A stretch of 64,000 nucleotides of DNA from Camelus dromedarius (Eukaryota): contig NC_087436.1 in NCBI RefSeq assembly GCF_036321535.1, positions 93,250,001 through 93,314,000 on the forward strand, given 5' to 3'. Numbering within the stretch: position 1 is the stretch's first letter; the number at the start of each line of letters is the position of its first letter. Shown piece after piece: positions 25,081-39,067 of this stretch. Below the pieces are notes generated by a model that saw nothing but the letters and a program-made list of their open reading frames with translations, ran no database searches and was not told the origin of the DNA. Position numbers and translations under genes: made by a program.

Positions 25081-27179
25081 AAACCATGGAGCCTCCCTCA
25101 TTCTCTCCTGTTCTGTCTGAGCCCTAAAAACAGATTTAATAGAGTCCCTGTTTTAAGATATGGCTGATAACACAAATGGGAGTTGATCATAAACAGAAAA
25201 AGTGACCTCTAGGAAGTCAACTGTGTCCAGATCTTAGACAGCTGACATTTGGGTCACCCTACCCAAGCTCTTCAGGGGGCCTTTGGCGTTCAGAAAAAAA
25301 AAATTCATAGTTAAAAAAAAAACATGAATTTTACTCAACTGGTTCTCTGTGTATATAAGTCCCTTTGAGATCTTCTAGGGAGTAAATGATTATAGCAGCA
25401 CAGAAGACAATATTGGGGTGGTTCAATATTTTGTTCAATACTCAGGTGGTCCAAGACCCTGGATGCTCTCCAAGCAGCCCCATCCCAAGAGAAATGAGCA
25501 TTCCACCATGTTGGTCTTGCGCATAATACAAACTACACATGAAAGATCAGTGTGTACCATTAAAATCTGGGCTGACTGACTTCCTATAAAGATGGAATTC
25601 CAATATAAACTCTGAAAAAGTAAAAGGTCTATTTTAAATTTCCAGGCAATTACAAGTGAGGCAAAATGTTGCCTTTTGCCAGCTGTATTAGTTTTTTGGG
25701 GGAAAAGAAAACCAAACAGACTTTTCCTCTTTCATGTTTCATATCCAAGCCACAAGCCAGCAAACACTGGTATTTACTCCAATGTTAATAAAAGTAAATG
25801 ACTTTGTGGTTTGGGGTCACTGGTAGAAGGCTTGTGCTCTTTTTAGTTTATGCACCAAAGTTCAAAATTTCAAGATTCATCCAGCACAAACTGATGACTT
25901 ACTTATGCTTTTCTATGTGATTCAAAGCATTTTTCAGTTTATGTTTGAATTACTTCTACTTTTCTATGCCAAATGCTCTGAAGATTCCTGTGGGATTTTT
26001 TCTGTCTTCTTCTATCTTTTTACCTTTATGATGTTAGAACTCTTTTCTCTATATGAGCCATCTCCTCAATTATAATCTACTCAAGGAGGAAGACTAACCT
26101 ATGAGCACTTACATTACCAGTGAAACCGTACGTTACCAATAAAGACTTTTTTCCAGAGAAATGGAACCTAATTAATCCTTTTTGCAGTTGCCTTTTCATT
26201 TCCTAAAGGATACAATTCAACCTGGGCCAGTACAAACAACTTAAAAAGAATGCTCTAGGACCTGATACACAGATGCCAAATGTACTGCCCCGCTCCCAAA
26301 TCCATCAAGTCCAGATGTTGGGGCTGCATCCACGCAAGTTCAGCATGCTTTCAAGTCAGTCTTTCCATCAGCCAGATGCTCAAGTTGACAGTTTCCTTTA
26401 CAATTATTTATCATATGAAGAGAATTGTGCAGACCTGAAGCAGCAGCTGCCTTGACAATGCTGGCCAAAATGCTAAATAGGTTGGTCTTCTGCATGCGGT
26501 CGAAAAACATGCTACTGATTTAGACAGTCCTACAGAACAATCAGTCATGGCCTCAGCCCTGACGAAGGGCCATGGACTGCACACGTTCATTTCATTAGGA
26601 TCTTAGTTAGGTCAGAGGACTTTTCTCCTCCATGTTTTTAAACTAAGGTAATCATTTCCATGCAAAGCAAAGGGACAGCATGTGAGGGGGAAATGCCACT
26701 TGGGCTAATGTTTTGTTGATGGCTTTCACAATCTAAGTCCTCAAAAGAAAGTTCTAGATTATGTTGGGGGCCTCCCACCCCTCAAGAAATGGCCAGGCTT
26801 TGCAGAACCTAACAGAAATCAGGCACCAGCCCTAAGAGCAACCCCAGTAAGGCCTCCCCTTTCTGCTTTTGTGCTAAATCTGTCATAGACATCCCAAAGG
26901 AATGAATCACTAAGCCAAGACTGTACTCTCGCTCATGTGATTAGGTACCAATACAATGAAATGGGACCACTGACCCTCAGCTTCTCAGAAACCATCTGTC
27001 ATTTTCTTTTATGCTTGTCATCTTTTTCCTATTTTTTTTTTAAAGCAAAGGACAGTAAAAATTGTGCAGCTCAACAGAAATATACATCAAATGAGGTGAA
27101 GTCTCTTTGGTCATTTTAAGCCATCAAAGAAGTTAAGTCCAAACAAATTGCATCTAGCATTGCTAGGCCTCAAGTAATA

Positions 27180-27435
27180 GAAACATGGCTAAGAGCGTGG
27201 ATTCTAGAGCCAGACCACCAGGGTCTGAAACCCTGTTCCTCCACTTCCCCCTTCACACAGGTGATCCTCAAACACTCTCTGCCTCAGTTTCCTCATTGGT
27301 AAATTAAAGATAACAACAGTGCCCAATTCATAATGTTTTTGTGAAGAGTCAATGAATTCCTAGGTGTTTAGGAAGTACTAGTGTTTAGAAGAGGACCTGC
27401 ATGCGGTATCCACTACGTACATGTTTGCCATCACT
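27180..27435 (+). mobile_element. MIR SINE
   Basis: GGCTAAGAGCGTGGATTCTAGAGCCAGAC...CTCTCTGCCTCAGTTTCCTCATTGGTAAA. Confidence 0.85.
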
Positions 27436-28639
27436 ATTTCCACAAACAATAAACAAACCAGATTATTGTGTCTTGATCATTAAACAAATGGAAAGAAACT
27501 AGGAACAAGAGAGCCATTCAGAAATCATTTGTTTGTTTGGAAGCAAAACAAAACAACCCAGCAATTTCCAAATGGCCATTGGGCAGCGCCTGCCCCATCC
27601 AGGTCCGAGGGGAACTGGGAAGAGCAGGAAGTTCATCTGGGCAGGCATTTCCTTGCCACCACGCAAGTGCCTTCGGCTGTAAACATCAGCTACACAAACT
27701 GAAATAAAAGGCTTATCTACAAAAGGAAATGCCCACAGGACACATCTCAGCCACTTATCACAGCACACAAGTGAGTCAAGAGAGGACTGATGGGCAGAGG
27801 AACTGGTGATCAAAGAAGGTCACTCTTTGCAAAGACTGAATTGAGCGAGTGTATGGAGGGAGGGGATCCCGGGGAGCAGAAGCAGCAAGGAGCACCGGAG
27901 TCTGCTGGTAACGCTCCGACTTCATCATAAACTGAAAGTGCTCACCATCTCATTTTTTGAATGCCATGACTGAGTCACCTTAAGTCCATCCTATAGATGG
28001 AAACATTTACCTTTATTAAATATTAGCTCAAAGGCCGGGTAGAAATATCATTCCTAGAATTTTAGGACTAACTAGTTCTGCCAACCCGTCCAGAAACAAA
28101 AATCTGCCTGTTTGCCTTTTTTCTCACCCTCACGTGGGTCAAGAACCTGCCTCCTGTCTCTGTCCTTCCTTCTTCTTAAAAGCTTCTGTAGCCTAGACCC
28201 GGGTTAGAGCAATCCTTCAGTCAGGACCAGAACCACCTTCTTTCTCTCAGTCCTGCTGTCTCAGCCCGCCCTCCATTTCCTGTCTTCCGACCACAAATCT
28301 CGCAGACTCTCTGCGGGTGGGCCCAGCACCAACATTTTTAACGAGATCCACCCCACCTTCACCGCAAGGAGATTCTCTCTTTAGGTTAGATTCTTACTCT
28401 ATGCATTTCTTGAAGCGGCGGGGCTGTGTCTTTAATTCGCTATGCCTAGTGCCTATCACAGTGCTGGTCACACAGTAAATGTTTGAAAATATTTATTTAG
28501 TGGACAAATCCACAGTAATTTCAACTTCTAAAAGGATTTAAGTCTTAGCATCTCTTCTTTACAAATGAGAGGCTCCTCCATCTCACGTCTGCCTCACCTC
28601 AAACCTCACCTGCACCCCACAGTGTGCAGCATCTCCTGG

Positions 28640-29300
28640 AAGATCTTGAACTCAGAAGGTTTCCTAAAGCATCTGCTTCCCTGCTGTCCACTTATTCTTG
28701 ACACTGCCTCACTCCTACTGGATCAACTTTTCATTTCCATCAAGATTGCCAATCACCCTTTTCTCCTATCCCATTGCTTCTATTTTGGCTTCAATGACCT
28801 TTCTTGGCACCTGGGCTGCATGACTGACAATTTTCAATGGAATCACCATCTTCTGATTTGCCAAAGCTTAGACCACATGGTCTACTCTGTCTGCACCTGT
28901 ACCCTTAAACAAATTCACAAATCCTTAGTGGGTGGCTCTCTTCCCTAGAGCACAGCTATCACTTCTATGAGAGCAAGTTTTACATTTATATTTCTAGCCC
29001 ACTCGCTAACTAGACCCAAATATGGTGCCTAGATAGCTTCACACATATAGCTTGCAGGATCCTCAAACCCACCATGGGCCAAAACAAGCTTCGAATTCCC
29101 CCCACCCCAAAGCAGATTCTTCTCCTGGGTTCCCTGTCACTTCTAACACTACTGTGAGAGACCATCTGTAGTACCTGTCTTCTTGTTCCCTCTCCGTCCA
29201 TCATTCCATCATTTCACGAGGTCTATTCACTTTACCCCTTCACTGCCTCTCAAATCTGAATTTATCTTCTATTTGCGCTACCCTGATACACCCTTCATGA
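28640..29300 (+). mobile_element. L2 fragment
   Basis: Pyrimidine-rich L2 motifs (TTGGCTTCAATGAC, TATATTTCTAGCCC, CTCAAACCCACCATGGGCCAAAAC). Confidence 0.65.
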
Positions 29301-29312
29301 CCGCTTATAAAC

Positions 29313-29502
29313 CAGCACTACCCAATAAACTTTCTGCAACGATGGAAATGTTCTGTATCTGTGTTGTCCAATATGGTAGCCACCAGCCACATGTGGTTAC
29401 TAAACACTTGAAATGCAGCTAGTGCACCTAAGAAACTGAATTTAAAATTTTATTTAATTCAAACAGCCACATGTGCCCAATGGCTACCATACTGGACAGC
29501 AT
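29313..29502. mobile_element. MER3-like hAT MITE
   Basis: CAGCACTACCCAATAAACTTTCTGCAACGATGGAAATGTTCTG...GCCACATGTGG...TGGCTACCATACTGGACAGC; internally palindromic. Confidence 0.88.
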
Positions 29503-29521
29503 AGATATAGCCAATTCCATC

Positions 29522-30058
29522 TGTGACAGTTATTTGTTTGCTCTCAGATCTACTTTCTACTGCCCAAACCCCATCTCTGCTTTATATCACAGGGGACTTG
29601 TAATTCCTGGCTTCTATTGGCAACTGGCTTCCAGGTCAGTAGTCAGTGAGAAGCTTTAGTGAAGACTAGGGCAGGATGAACAGAAAAGCCAGGGAGCTTC
29701 TCCCTCCCTAGCTTTGCCCCAAATGGTATCTCCAGCAGTAGTCACCTCCCCTCCACAGCTCCAGCTTGTGAGTCAGCCCCTCCCTCCACATTGCCAGCTC
29801 TCGTTGGCAGCCTTCACCGCAGTTCTAGCTCCCTCTGGGCAGCCTCAGTCTCTGGGCTCAGGTAATACTATCTTCTCCCTGTGTCCCTTCAGCTCTAGGA
29901 ATTGTAGCAGCTTTCTGCTATTACTCATCTCTGGGTTGGCTCACTGTCCCATTTGGCTTCTTAGCCTTTAAACCACTCACTTAACCAATTCCCTCTATTA
30001 AATTCCTTCTGTTAAAATATCCAATATGGTTTTTGCTTTCCTTACTGAAAAGTGATAC
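29522..30058 (+). mobile_element. ERVL-class solo LTR (LTR33-like)
   Basis: TGTGACAG start; CTGTGTCCCTTCAGCTCTAGG...GCTTTCTGCTATTACTCATCTCTGGG...ATTAAATTCCTTCTGTTAAAAT...TGATAC end. Confidence 0.75.
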
Positions 30059-30189
30059 CTAACTGGAGTTAGGTATCCTAACTGGAGTTTCTTCTTTAAC
30101 TTTAATTCATCCTGATAACTGCTGCCATGAAATCAGCCATAATCATCATCTTCACCATCAAAATAGTACATGATATTAAAGTACATTAG

Positions 30190-30385
30190 CAATCATCATT
30201 TACATAGTGCTTGAGTGTCAAGCATTACTTTGGGATTTTTACATATCATAGCTTATTTTTCCTAATAAAACCCTAAAAGGCCAGTATTTTTATCCCCATT
30301 TTATAACTGAGTCTAATGAGGCTTAGAGAGCAGCTTACACAGGTTAAACAGCAACTAAGTGACTCAGCATGACTCGAGAGTTCAC
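30190..30385 (-). mobile_element. MIR SINE
   Basis: TTATCCCCATTTTATAACTGAG...GAGGCTTAGAGAG. Confidence 0.65.
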
Positions 30386-31029
30386 ATAAGGTCATGCAAA
30401 TTCCTTCCCCTCTTGTGCACTATTCAGACACTGTCAGTTAACTCCCCATTGTCTCAGGAAAAAGTTCAACTTCCTCAGCTTGATCTTCAAAAAAGATTCT
30501 CAGCAATCCAGCTTTAATCACCTTTCCAGTCATAGCCCTACTTTCTCCTTATTCATATCCAGACTGACTATATGCTGTTTCCCCTACATGTGTGATTAGT
30601 GTTTTCTCACCCCTATTCTATCCCTCAGGTGTGTCTCAAGACCTATTCAAAATTCGATTTAATTTTAGCATAATAGATATTTATTAATTGCCTGCTGTTT
30701 CCAAAGTACAGTTGCCTAGCCTTTCTCTGAAGCTCCCCATTTCATAGGTTCTCATTCATTTATCCATTGTTTGGCTTATGTTCTAGTTGTGTTCTTATTT
30801 TAATACCTTTACAATTTTGTAAAGTCTTTGGGTGAAAAGGGCATTTTAGAGATTTTTTTCAAATCTCTCATCAGCATCTAAGAGTGACTTTTACAAATAA
30901 CTTTCAGATGACTTGCAAATATTTGTTGAATTCATTTATACAACTCTTCACAGATGCAGCATATGTGATTTCTCAGAAGAAATAGAAGTCAAAGGCCTAG
31001 GCTTTACCCAAATTCTCTACCTTCACCAT

Positions 31030-31275
31030 GGTTAGGGACATGGATTCTACAGCCAAACTATCTATGGTTTAACTCTGCTCCAGCACTTAATATCCGTATG
31101 ATTTGGGATGAGCTACTTCACCTGGGCTACTATTTCCTCACCTATAAAATTAAAATAATAAAAATATTTCCCTCATAGTACTACTGGGAGGATTAAATGA
31201 GCTATTTATATACAATGATTACAACAGTGCCTGGAATATACTAAGTGCTCAATCAATATTAGTTCTTATTAATAT
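31030..31275 (+). mobile_element. MIR SINE
   Basis: TTTCCTCACCTATAAAAT...GGGAGGATTAAATGAG...AACAGTGCCTGG...TAAGTGCTCAAT. Confidence 0.85.
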
Positions 31276-31761
31276 GACATCATCTCTCAAATCAGTGGTA
31301 TAATGGACCTAGTTAAAATGCACATAATTTCCCTTAGTCATGGAGGTAAAAATCTCAGATCCATAATCTCCCTCTAGGTCTTATTCTGGTCTCCAGAAAG
31401 AAATAGTCTATACCTATAAAACGAGATGATCAAATTTACCATAAGGAGAATAATGTTAGTAAGACTGTGAAAGCAAGATAAAATTAATTAACCATTAAGA
31501 AGTTAAAATAGTTCAGAAACTTGTCTAAATTGAGAGCTATGTGTCCAATAAACTCACTAGATTTGTTACGATGATGTTACTTTCCTGTTATAAAGAAAAC
31601 ACAGACATTTCCCCTGTATCTAATCAATGTGTGAATTCTGAATTTTTAGGTTTGCAGTGCCCAGTTTCCAAGTGGTCCCTTTCCTTTGTGTGCCCTAGCT
31701 CTGATGACAGAGTGCTGGTTGGCCTCTCCTTCCTACATAGTAACAGAATATTGTCCTTGTC

Positions 31762-32107
31762 CTTGAACCCAGCCCCCATATCATGAGGAAGCCCAGGCCA
31801 AATGGAGAGGCCACATGCAGGTGCTATGGTGACAGTTCTAGCTAAGGTCTCAGCTGGCCTCTAGCATCAATGATGAGACATGTAAGCAAGTAAGCTTCAA
31901 ACAACTCCAGCCCTCAGCCTTTGAGCTGACCCAGTTGATGCTGAATGGAACAGAGACAAGCCATCTCTGCAGAGGTCTGACCAAATTGCAGATTTGTGAG
32001 TGAAATAAAGTCTGTCATTGTTTTCAGCCACTAAGTTTTGGGGGAATTTGTTAAGCAGGCACAGTACTAGAGCAGACGGTATGTTACGCAGCAATAGCTA
32101 ACTGATA
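31762..32107 (+). mobile_element. MaLR LTR (MLT1H/I/J-like), 3' part
   Basis: GAGGAAGCCCAGGCC...GGAGAGGCCACATG...AAATTGCAGATTTGTGAG...AGCCACTAAGTTTTGGGG...GCAGCAATAGCTAACTGATA. Confidence 0.85.
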
Positions 32108-34394
32108 AAGGCAATATCTTCTACCTGCTTTGACCTTAGTGTATCTTACTCAAAACTACAACAGTGGTCAAAGAATGGTCCAGGGCACACAGTATTGTTT
32201 TACATCTAGGTCAATCTTATAATTTTTAGTTTGTTTAATTAGTTGCTTAAGACAAGGAATATTACTGGCTGCACCTGGGAAATTCACAGTTGCTCTTTTG
32301 GGCAAGAAAACATCATTCCTCAAAAAAAATCAAAGAAACATTATAAGAGAAATAAGAAAATGCATTAGAGTAGTACAGGTTTCTGAAAACTATAAGAACA
32401 GAGAACCAGACTGGATCGTTCATTTTCTCTGTTAATAAAAATATATGCTGTGAACCCTAACACAAACATTAATAATAAGCTGTGTGAGAAATATAAACAT
32501 ACCCATGTTTCAAAATTAGAGCTGATGAAGCTCATGCTGCTATTGAGTCATGAGTTTTATAAACTCTGATGACCAAATATTCTGATTAAAAAATTATTGT
32601 AATAAAAGATACTGATCTAGCTGTTCGACCAATATTGTAAGAACCCAAACCCATGAAGGCAAAAAAAAAAAAAAAAAAAATGGGGAGGGGGCAAGTGTTT
32701 CAGATCCAGGAGCTAAATAAAATCAGAAATAAAGGAATGTTAAAATACAAATTCACTAAATGGGTAAGTAATCATATTATACTAGCAATTCTAAAGGAAT
32801 AAGGAATTTCTAAATATTTAGGGTCACGTTAGAAACTATTACCATTGGATATCTTGTCTGAAGCCAAAGAGCCTGTTCTTAGCAACAGGTTAACGTAGCC
32901 AAAATGATTAACAAAACTCTTGACATTATAGACTAACCACAGCAGTTCACAATTTAGGACTTGAATAATCCACCAGACTCAGAGCATTAAATTTAGCTGT
33001 GCACTGAGTCAAAGCAAACAAGTGCAGAGTTCCTCATCAGCGTGTCTGCAGGATGGCTGTTTGTTTGTTAAAAATCATTTTGGGCAGTGTATAAAATAAA
33101 TCTAAAAGAAGACTAAATAAATGATGCCAACCACCCGGAAACAGCTGAGAGTCTAAGCCAGATTCTTAGAAGCCAATTTAAAGTAATATGTAAAGAGCAT
33201 GTGTAGCTGATCTTGCACACAGCTGGACGGAAGCAGTGTCCTCCCCAAATGCCCAGGCTCAGCTGTAAGGACCAATGCAAGCAGCATCTCTCTTCACTCC
33301 ATGCAGCCCAGCTCCACCCTCTCTGCCCGTGGACTGGGTCCAACCTCATCACTCCTGGCTCACCCCTCTCCGTTTAGGGTCAAAGGGAACACACCCAGAT
33401 GTGGTCAACCAGAATTTATTCACAATATTGTTTGATATATTAAATAACAAGTCACCCTTTTATCTAACGCCATACGTTTAAACACTGTAATTGATAGCAG
33501 CCTCTTCTTTCCTCATCTTTCAGAATAGTCAGATATTGTTTTCCTTCTAATCTGGGAAAACTATTCTAGAAAAGAAACTACCCATAAATACTTACAACAG
33601 TCAAACCCACAGAAAAATACAGTACATTTTATGGCAGTATCTGTAATATTCATGTCAATAACCCCAAACTAACCAGTGAAAGAAACACATTTGCATTACA
33701 TCTGACTACATCCCTGCACGTGCACTCTCACACACACGCTCATGCACACGTACACACACAACTACAAAACCCTAAGGAATACATTTTCTGTGCTATCGAA
33801 ACATCTGATGCAGAATCAGAGAAGGTTAGGACTTCAGTCTCCTGTTTTCTCACCACTGTGCATGGAATTGCCTAACTTAAGGCACACCTACCATGTGTGA
33901 AAATAGCCTAATAATCAGATCAGGTTCACAAGTGCTCCCTAGAAACTAGCCTGCTGTGAATGTTGACGTGCCTCGCATAGCTTATGTCTCTGCTTTATCT
34001 TTTAGAAGTAGCTGTGAAATGTGCACTGCCACTAGACACACAGCCTTGAGTCACACTCAGAGGGCTGTTCAAATGCTACAGATTTCTCCAGAGCCTCCTG
34101 GGCAAACACACCAGGAGGGGTGCGGCGGCGGCGGCACAGGGTGAACAGCTGGCCGCACCTCCTCCCAGAAATGCAGCTGTTTTGCTTCCAGATGCACATT
34201 CTCTCTCTCTTGATCATCCACCCATTTGAAAAAGCTCCATTTTTATGAATTTCCATTTAGCAAACACACAATTTTTTTGGAATGCAAGTGGAAGTCTTTT
34301 AAGAAGTTCTCTACCAACTGATAAACAGAAATTAAATTTTAGTTTAATTTAATAAAGGAATGATCAAAGAGAATCACTTGGCTGTTAAATTTAC

Positions 34395-34780
34395 TCAGTC
34401 TCTTATTTATCAGGCAGACTCTATCCCAGCCCTTGAAGGGATTTACATCGTAGTGGTGGATAAAAACATTAAGCATATGCGTAATTGCAAATAGTGGTAA
34501 GGCCCATGAAGAGACATGAAGGCAGTTACGGAAGAGGATAATGGTGGGGGGGGGGCGGTTTACGTGAAGTGGGAGGGCAGAATTGGACAGGCCTCTCTAA
34601 AGCAATGGTGTTTAAACTTAGCTCCGAAGGATGAGCAGAAATTGACCAGGTTAAGAGCATCAGAGGGAGTGGGGCAAGAAGTAAAGGGTGGAAGAGGAAG
34701 AGAAAAGCGGAAAAGGGAAGAATATTCCTTCCAGAGAAACAGTACGAGTGGAGGTACTCAGGCAGGAAATTCATTCCAAG
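34395..34780 (-). mobile_element. L2 fragment
   Basis: Purine-rich reverse L2 motifs (CAGGCCTCTCTAAAG, CCGAAGGATGAGCAGAAATTGACCAGG). Confidence 0.6.
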
Positions 34781-35639
34781 AATCAAGCTTTATATAACAA
34801 ATAAATTGGCAACATGAAAAAGTGTTAAAATTGTTAATGTAGAAGGAGGTCATGCAAACAATAAGACAAACACCCCCAAAGAGGAGAGAACAAAGGACAT
34901 GAACAGAAATCTTACAAAAGGAATATATATATATGTATTCATAAGATAATATGATGATATTTACAAGATGCCCAACTTAACTGATGCTCAAAGTAAATTA
35001 AAGCAGAAATGCCATTTTCTCTCTATCCTACTGACAAAGATAAAGAGACTGGTAATCCCAGCACTGGGGCAGGTGTGGGGTGAAAAGTTCCCCTCTTTCT
35101 GCAGATCTTCTAGAACATCATCTGGCTACCGATCAACAGCTCACAATAAGTGCATATCTTTTGTTGGCAACCCCAACTGAATATCATGAAGTAAGAAGGG
35201 TGTGAACGATTTCTCAGAATGTACCAGGCGCTGAAGCATATGCACAAATATTTACCAAGCACCTAAAACATACAAGGCTGTGGGTGCTGCAAAGGTGAGT
35301 AAGACCTTTTCTATCCTCAAGAACTAGATAATCTATTGGGGGAAACAGAAAAGTGCACGATTAGGTATAAGATATGGCAGTCTATGACAAACATGAAAGC
35401 GATGTAAGCGAAATGCTTCAGGCTCATCCTCGAAGAAGGAAGAGCCATCTGATTCTGAGCGCTCACGGAAGATACAGCATCTGAAACTGGCCTTGCACCA
35501 CAGGAGAGGGATGAAGGGGTTGGATTTAGGTAACTCCTGGGGGTGGAGTGGTGAGTAAACACACACTGTCCCTGCCTTTTAGAATCTACAGTTTGACAAG
35601 AACATTAACTAAGTATGATGAAAAGATAAAAGTTCATGG

Positions 35640-36225
35640 AGCATGCAAATATCATAAAGGCTAGCATCAAAAAAGACAACAAACCTCAGTGTTAGTGAAA
35701 ACGTAAGGAACTGAAACTCAAATACCATCATGGTGAGAAAGTAAGTCGGCATAATCAGTTTGAGAAGCAACTAACTGATCAAAATCTAGAAAGGCTGAAG
35801 AGAATACAGCTCACATGACGCAACAATGACACAAATATACCCAGAGAAACTCTTGTACAGGAGCATAAGCTAAATTGTTCAGTGCATCAAGGATTTCTAC
35901 GGTGAAAAACAGAAACACCCTAAGTGTTTACTAGCAGATGGCATCAATAAATAATGGTATTTTCATATAATAAAACTCAGTAGTAAAAATTATGAATTTG
36001 AATGACACCAATAAGCCCCGAAGGCAAAGAAAGTAAGTTACAAAATGATACAGTCAGTGTGTTACTATTTCTATAAAGCTCAAAAACATGCAAAACAATA
36101 TTATACATACACCTATAAAGTAAAAATATAAAAGTGATAAAAACCAAAATCAGGCTAGTGGTTGCTTCTAAATAAAGAAAGAGAATGGAATTCGGAAGAG
36201 GCATAGAGTGGGCTTCAAACAGACA
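35640..36225 (+). mobile_element. Ancient L1ME-like 3' fragment
   Basis: GGAACTGAAACTCAAATAC...TATACCCAGAGAAACTCTTG...AAGTAAGTTACAAAATGATAC...AAAACATGCAAAAC. Confidence 0.75.
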
Positions 36226-38630
36226 TTATATTTACTTCCTCTCCTGGAGAGACTAGAAGCTCTTAAAGCCGATTATCTCTAAGTCCTCGGCATCTAGTAC
36301 TATGCCTCAAAAGTCATCAGTCTTCAAAAGTCTGTTCAACGAATCAACAAATCAACATTTCATATGAGCTTGGGTGCATGCCTCCTGAGTTTCGCTTGGG
36401 CACATCTTTCCTTCCTTCTGTCTCCTCTAGCTGCACAACAGCAGATGCAAATGTTTGCATGCTGCCCAGGGAATCTAAATGGTTGGAAAACCCAGAAATA
36501 AGCCGATACAACGGCAGCCCTTAGAAAGGCAATCTCAACAAGAAACAGCTACTAGTGTAGCAGGCGGCCAAAGATAGAATGGGATCCCCCCAAAACGGGT
36601 GACTTTCCAGACCCTGAAGGTATTCAGAGTGGAGTGAGAAATCTATTTGGTGCAAAAGTTATAAAAAGGGACTCAGGAATCACATGACCTCAAAGAGTTT
36701 AGGATTCTTGCTTCAATGGTCATCCAAAAGAAGTAACCTCAAATGCCTGGTCACATCATTAGAAGCCATCCATGTGCTGACCCTCATTGCCTGCACACAG
36801 TTCTGTGTTTTCCCATGATCTTCTGGACATGTCCATCCACACTAATGGTAGGAATTACAGCAACCCCTGAGAGCTGTTTGTAGGTCAACCATCATTAGGA
36901 GGAGTAAAGAATTTTTGCTTTCACATTGGCCCAAAGTGAGCTATCATGTGTTAAGTCTGAACTTTAGAAGATACCACCCTACTTTAGATTTACAGCCAAT
37001 TCATCATCCACGAGACATTTTCACACTTAGGGTGCATAACAAGCTGATGCACCGCCTCACACAGAGGGACTTGTAAGTCTAGCAACAAGGAAATGCTCTA
37101 GAGGCCATTGGCAGGGGAAATATTCTAGGTATCTGCAGTGGAGAAACCTATGCACCAAACAGCTACAGTAAAGGGTCTGAAAGGAAGCAAGGCAAAGCCT
37201 TCAAATGAGCACTGGGAACAGTGAGAACACTGAGCCCAGCTATTTGATAACTTCATGCAAATGAGTCTTCACAACTAGGAAATAACTTCAAAAAGGAGCT
37301 AAGAAGTGGCAGGCGGTGGTTGCCATGGTAGCGAGTGCACGCTTTGCCTTTTTACAGTTCTTTCTGTACTGAGGGGGTGGGGGTTCTATAGACTAGAGCT
37401 TGAGCCTAGAGGAAGAGCCAGGCAGGGCCTGGGTTGATTAATGGTGAAAAGAAAAGAGTCCATCCAGAAAGCTCGCCCTAGGGCTTCTGAGGAAGCAAAG
37501 GGACAAGCGAAGACTCCCTTGAGAAACACACCCTAAGCTGTCAGAGGCGCCCCAAAAGTAAGAGGATGGGGCGGATGGCGCTTAACTACAGAGATGAATT
37601 TTCCTGCAGCATAGAAAGAAGAAAGTAAAGCAAATTATGCACTAACTGAATATGCAGTGCTACCCAAAAGGTAGAAGGTTAAACTGAGCACCGTAATAAG
37701 GTAGCAAGTATCAAGGCAACGCTGAAACCAGGAAGTGCACGTCTGTGAAATGCAAAGGATTCCCATGTTTTCAAAACAGGAAATATTTCTCCTTTCACCT
37801 ACAGGATTTGAGATGAAATACGAAATGCCGCATGTTGACACAACAGGCCTATCCTCAAAACATTCCTAAACCCGTACTCAACTGGGAAGGGGAGGATCCA
37901 GGAGCGGGGAAGACTCCCAGGAGCTGGAAATGCAATAGGATACATAGCAGGAGGTGAGCTTGAGTTTTCTTTTGTCCATGAAAATAAATGCTTTTAAAAC
38001 ACCTTTTGAGAGTATTTCTTTTTTCCCCCCATATAATGTAAATAATTTTCAATCATCTGTATTTCCAAAGACTAACAGAAAAAGGAAAAGGAGACCCTAG
38101 TGGTAATGAATTTTTTTATGCAAACTCTTTCTTCATAATAGTATTTCAGCTCCTCTACTTCTTCTATGATAAGCTATACACAAAAGTAAGTGATCTAGTT
38201 TAAAGCTTAGTCTGATAAAGGACAATTTTAGACTAATTCAAATATGTAAGGACCCCTAGATTATACAGCAACATTTCCTACAACTTTTACGTTGCAAAAT
38301 TAAATTTTCTACCTTACCATTTTACTCCTTCCAGCAAATCTGATACACAGACATTTATGGAGTGCCAACTATATGCCAGGTACCCCATTCCATTCTCATA
38401 TCTACCTAATTTTTCTAACATAGTTCACCTAATATTCTTATTCTGCTGTTGTCATCCAAATATTGTAATTTTCCAAGTGCCCCAAATCTATAACATTTAA
38501 TTGACAAAGTGATGTAAATAGGTCTTACATAAAATGAGAAATTTATCTGGTTCCTGATTAGAAACATTCAACATTATAAATAGATCAAACCTCCCTAAAT
38601 AAAATAAAAATTCAATTTTGTATCAATCAA

Positions 38631-39032
38631 TGTAGGAGCTGAATTGTGCCCCCCTCCTCCACTTCATATGCTAAAATCCTAACCCCTAGAACTTCAGAAT
38701 GTGACCTCACTTGGAGATTATAATTACAAACACAATTAGTTCAGCTAAGATGAGGTCATACTGGAGTAGAGTAGACCTCTAATCCAATTTGACTGGTCTC
38801 CTTACAAAAAGGGAAATTTTGGACACAGGCACACATATGGGAGAATGCCATGAAGGCAGCCAAGGACAGAGGCCCAGAACAGATCCTTCCCTCCAAGTCC
38901 TCAAAAGGAACCAACCAGGCCAACACCCTGACTTTGGACTTCTGGCCTCCAGAACTGTGAGAGAATGCATTTATGCTGTTTACACCACCCCATTTGTGGT
39001 ACCCTGTTACAACAGCCCTAGCAAACTGGTAT
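38631..39032 (+). mobile_element. MaLR solo LTR (MLT1B-like), near full length
   Basis: TGTAGGAGCTGAATTGTGCCCCC...CAGAATGTGACC...AAGATGAGGTCATACTGGAGTAG...GGACTTCTGGCCTCCAGAACTGTGAGA...CAGCCCTAGCAAACT. Confidence 0.9.
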
Positions 39033-39067
39033 AAACAGCATTCTCATAAACAGGCCTTAACACTTGC

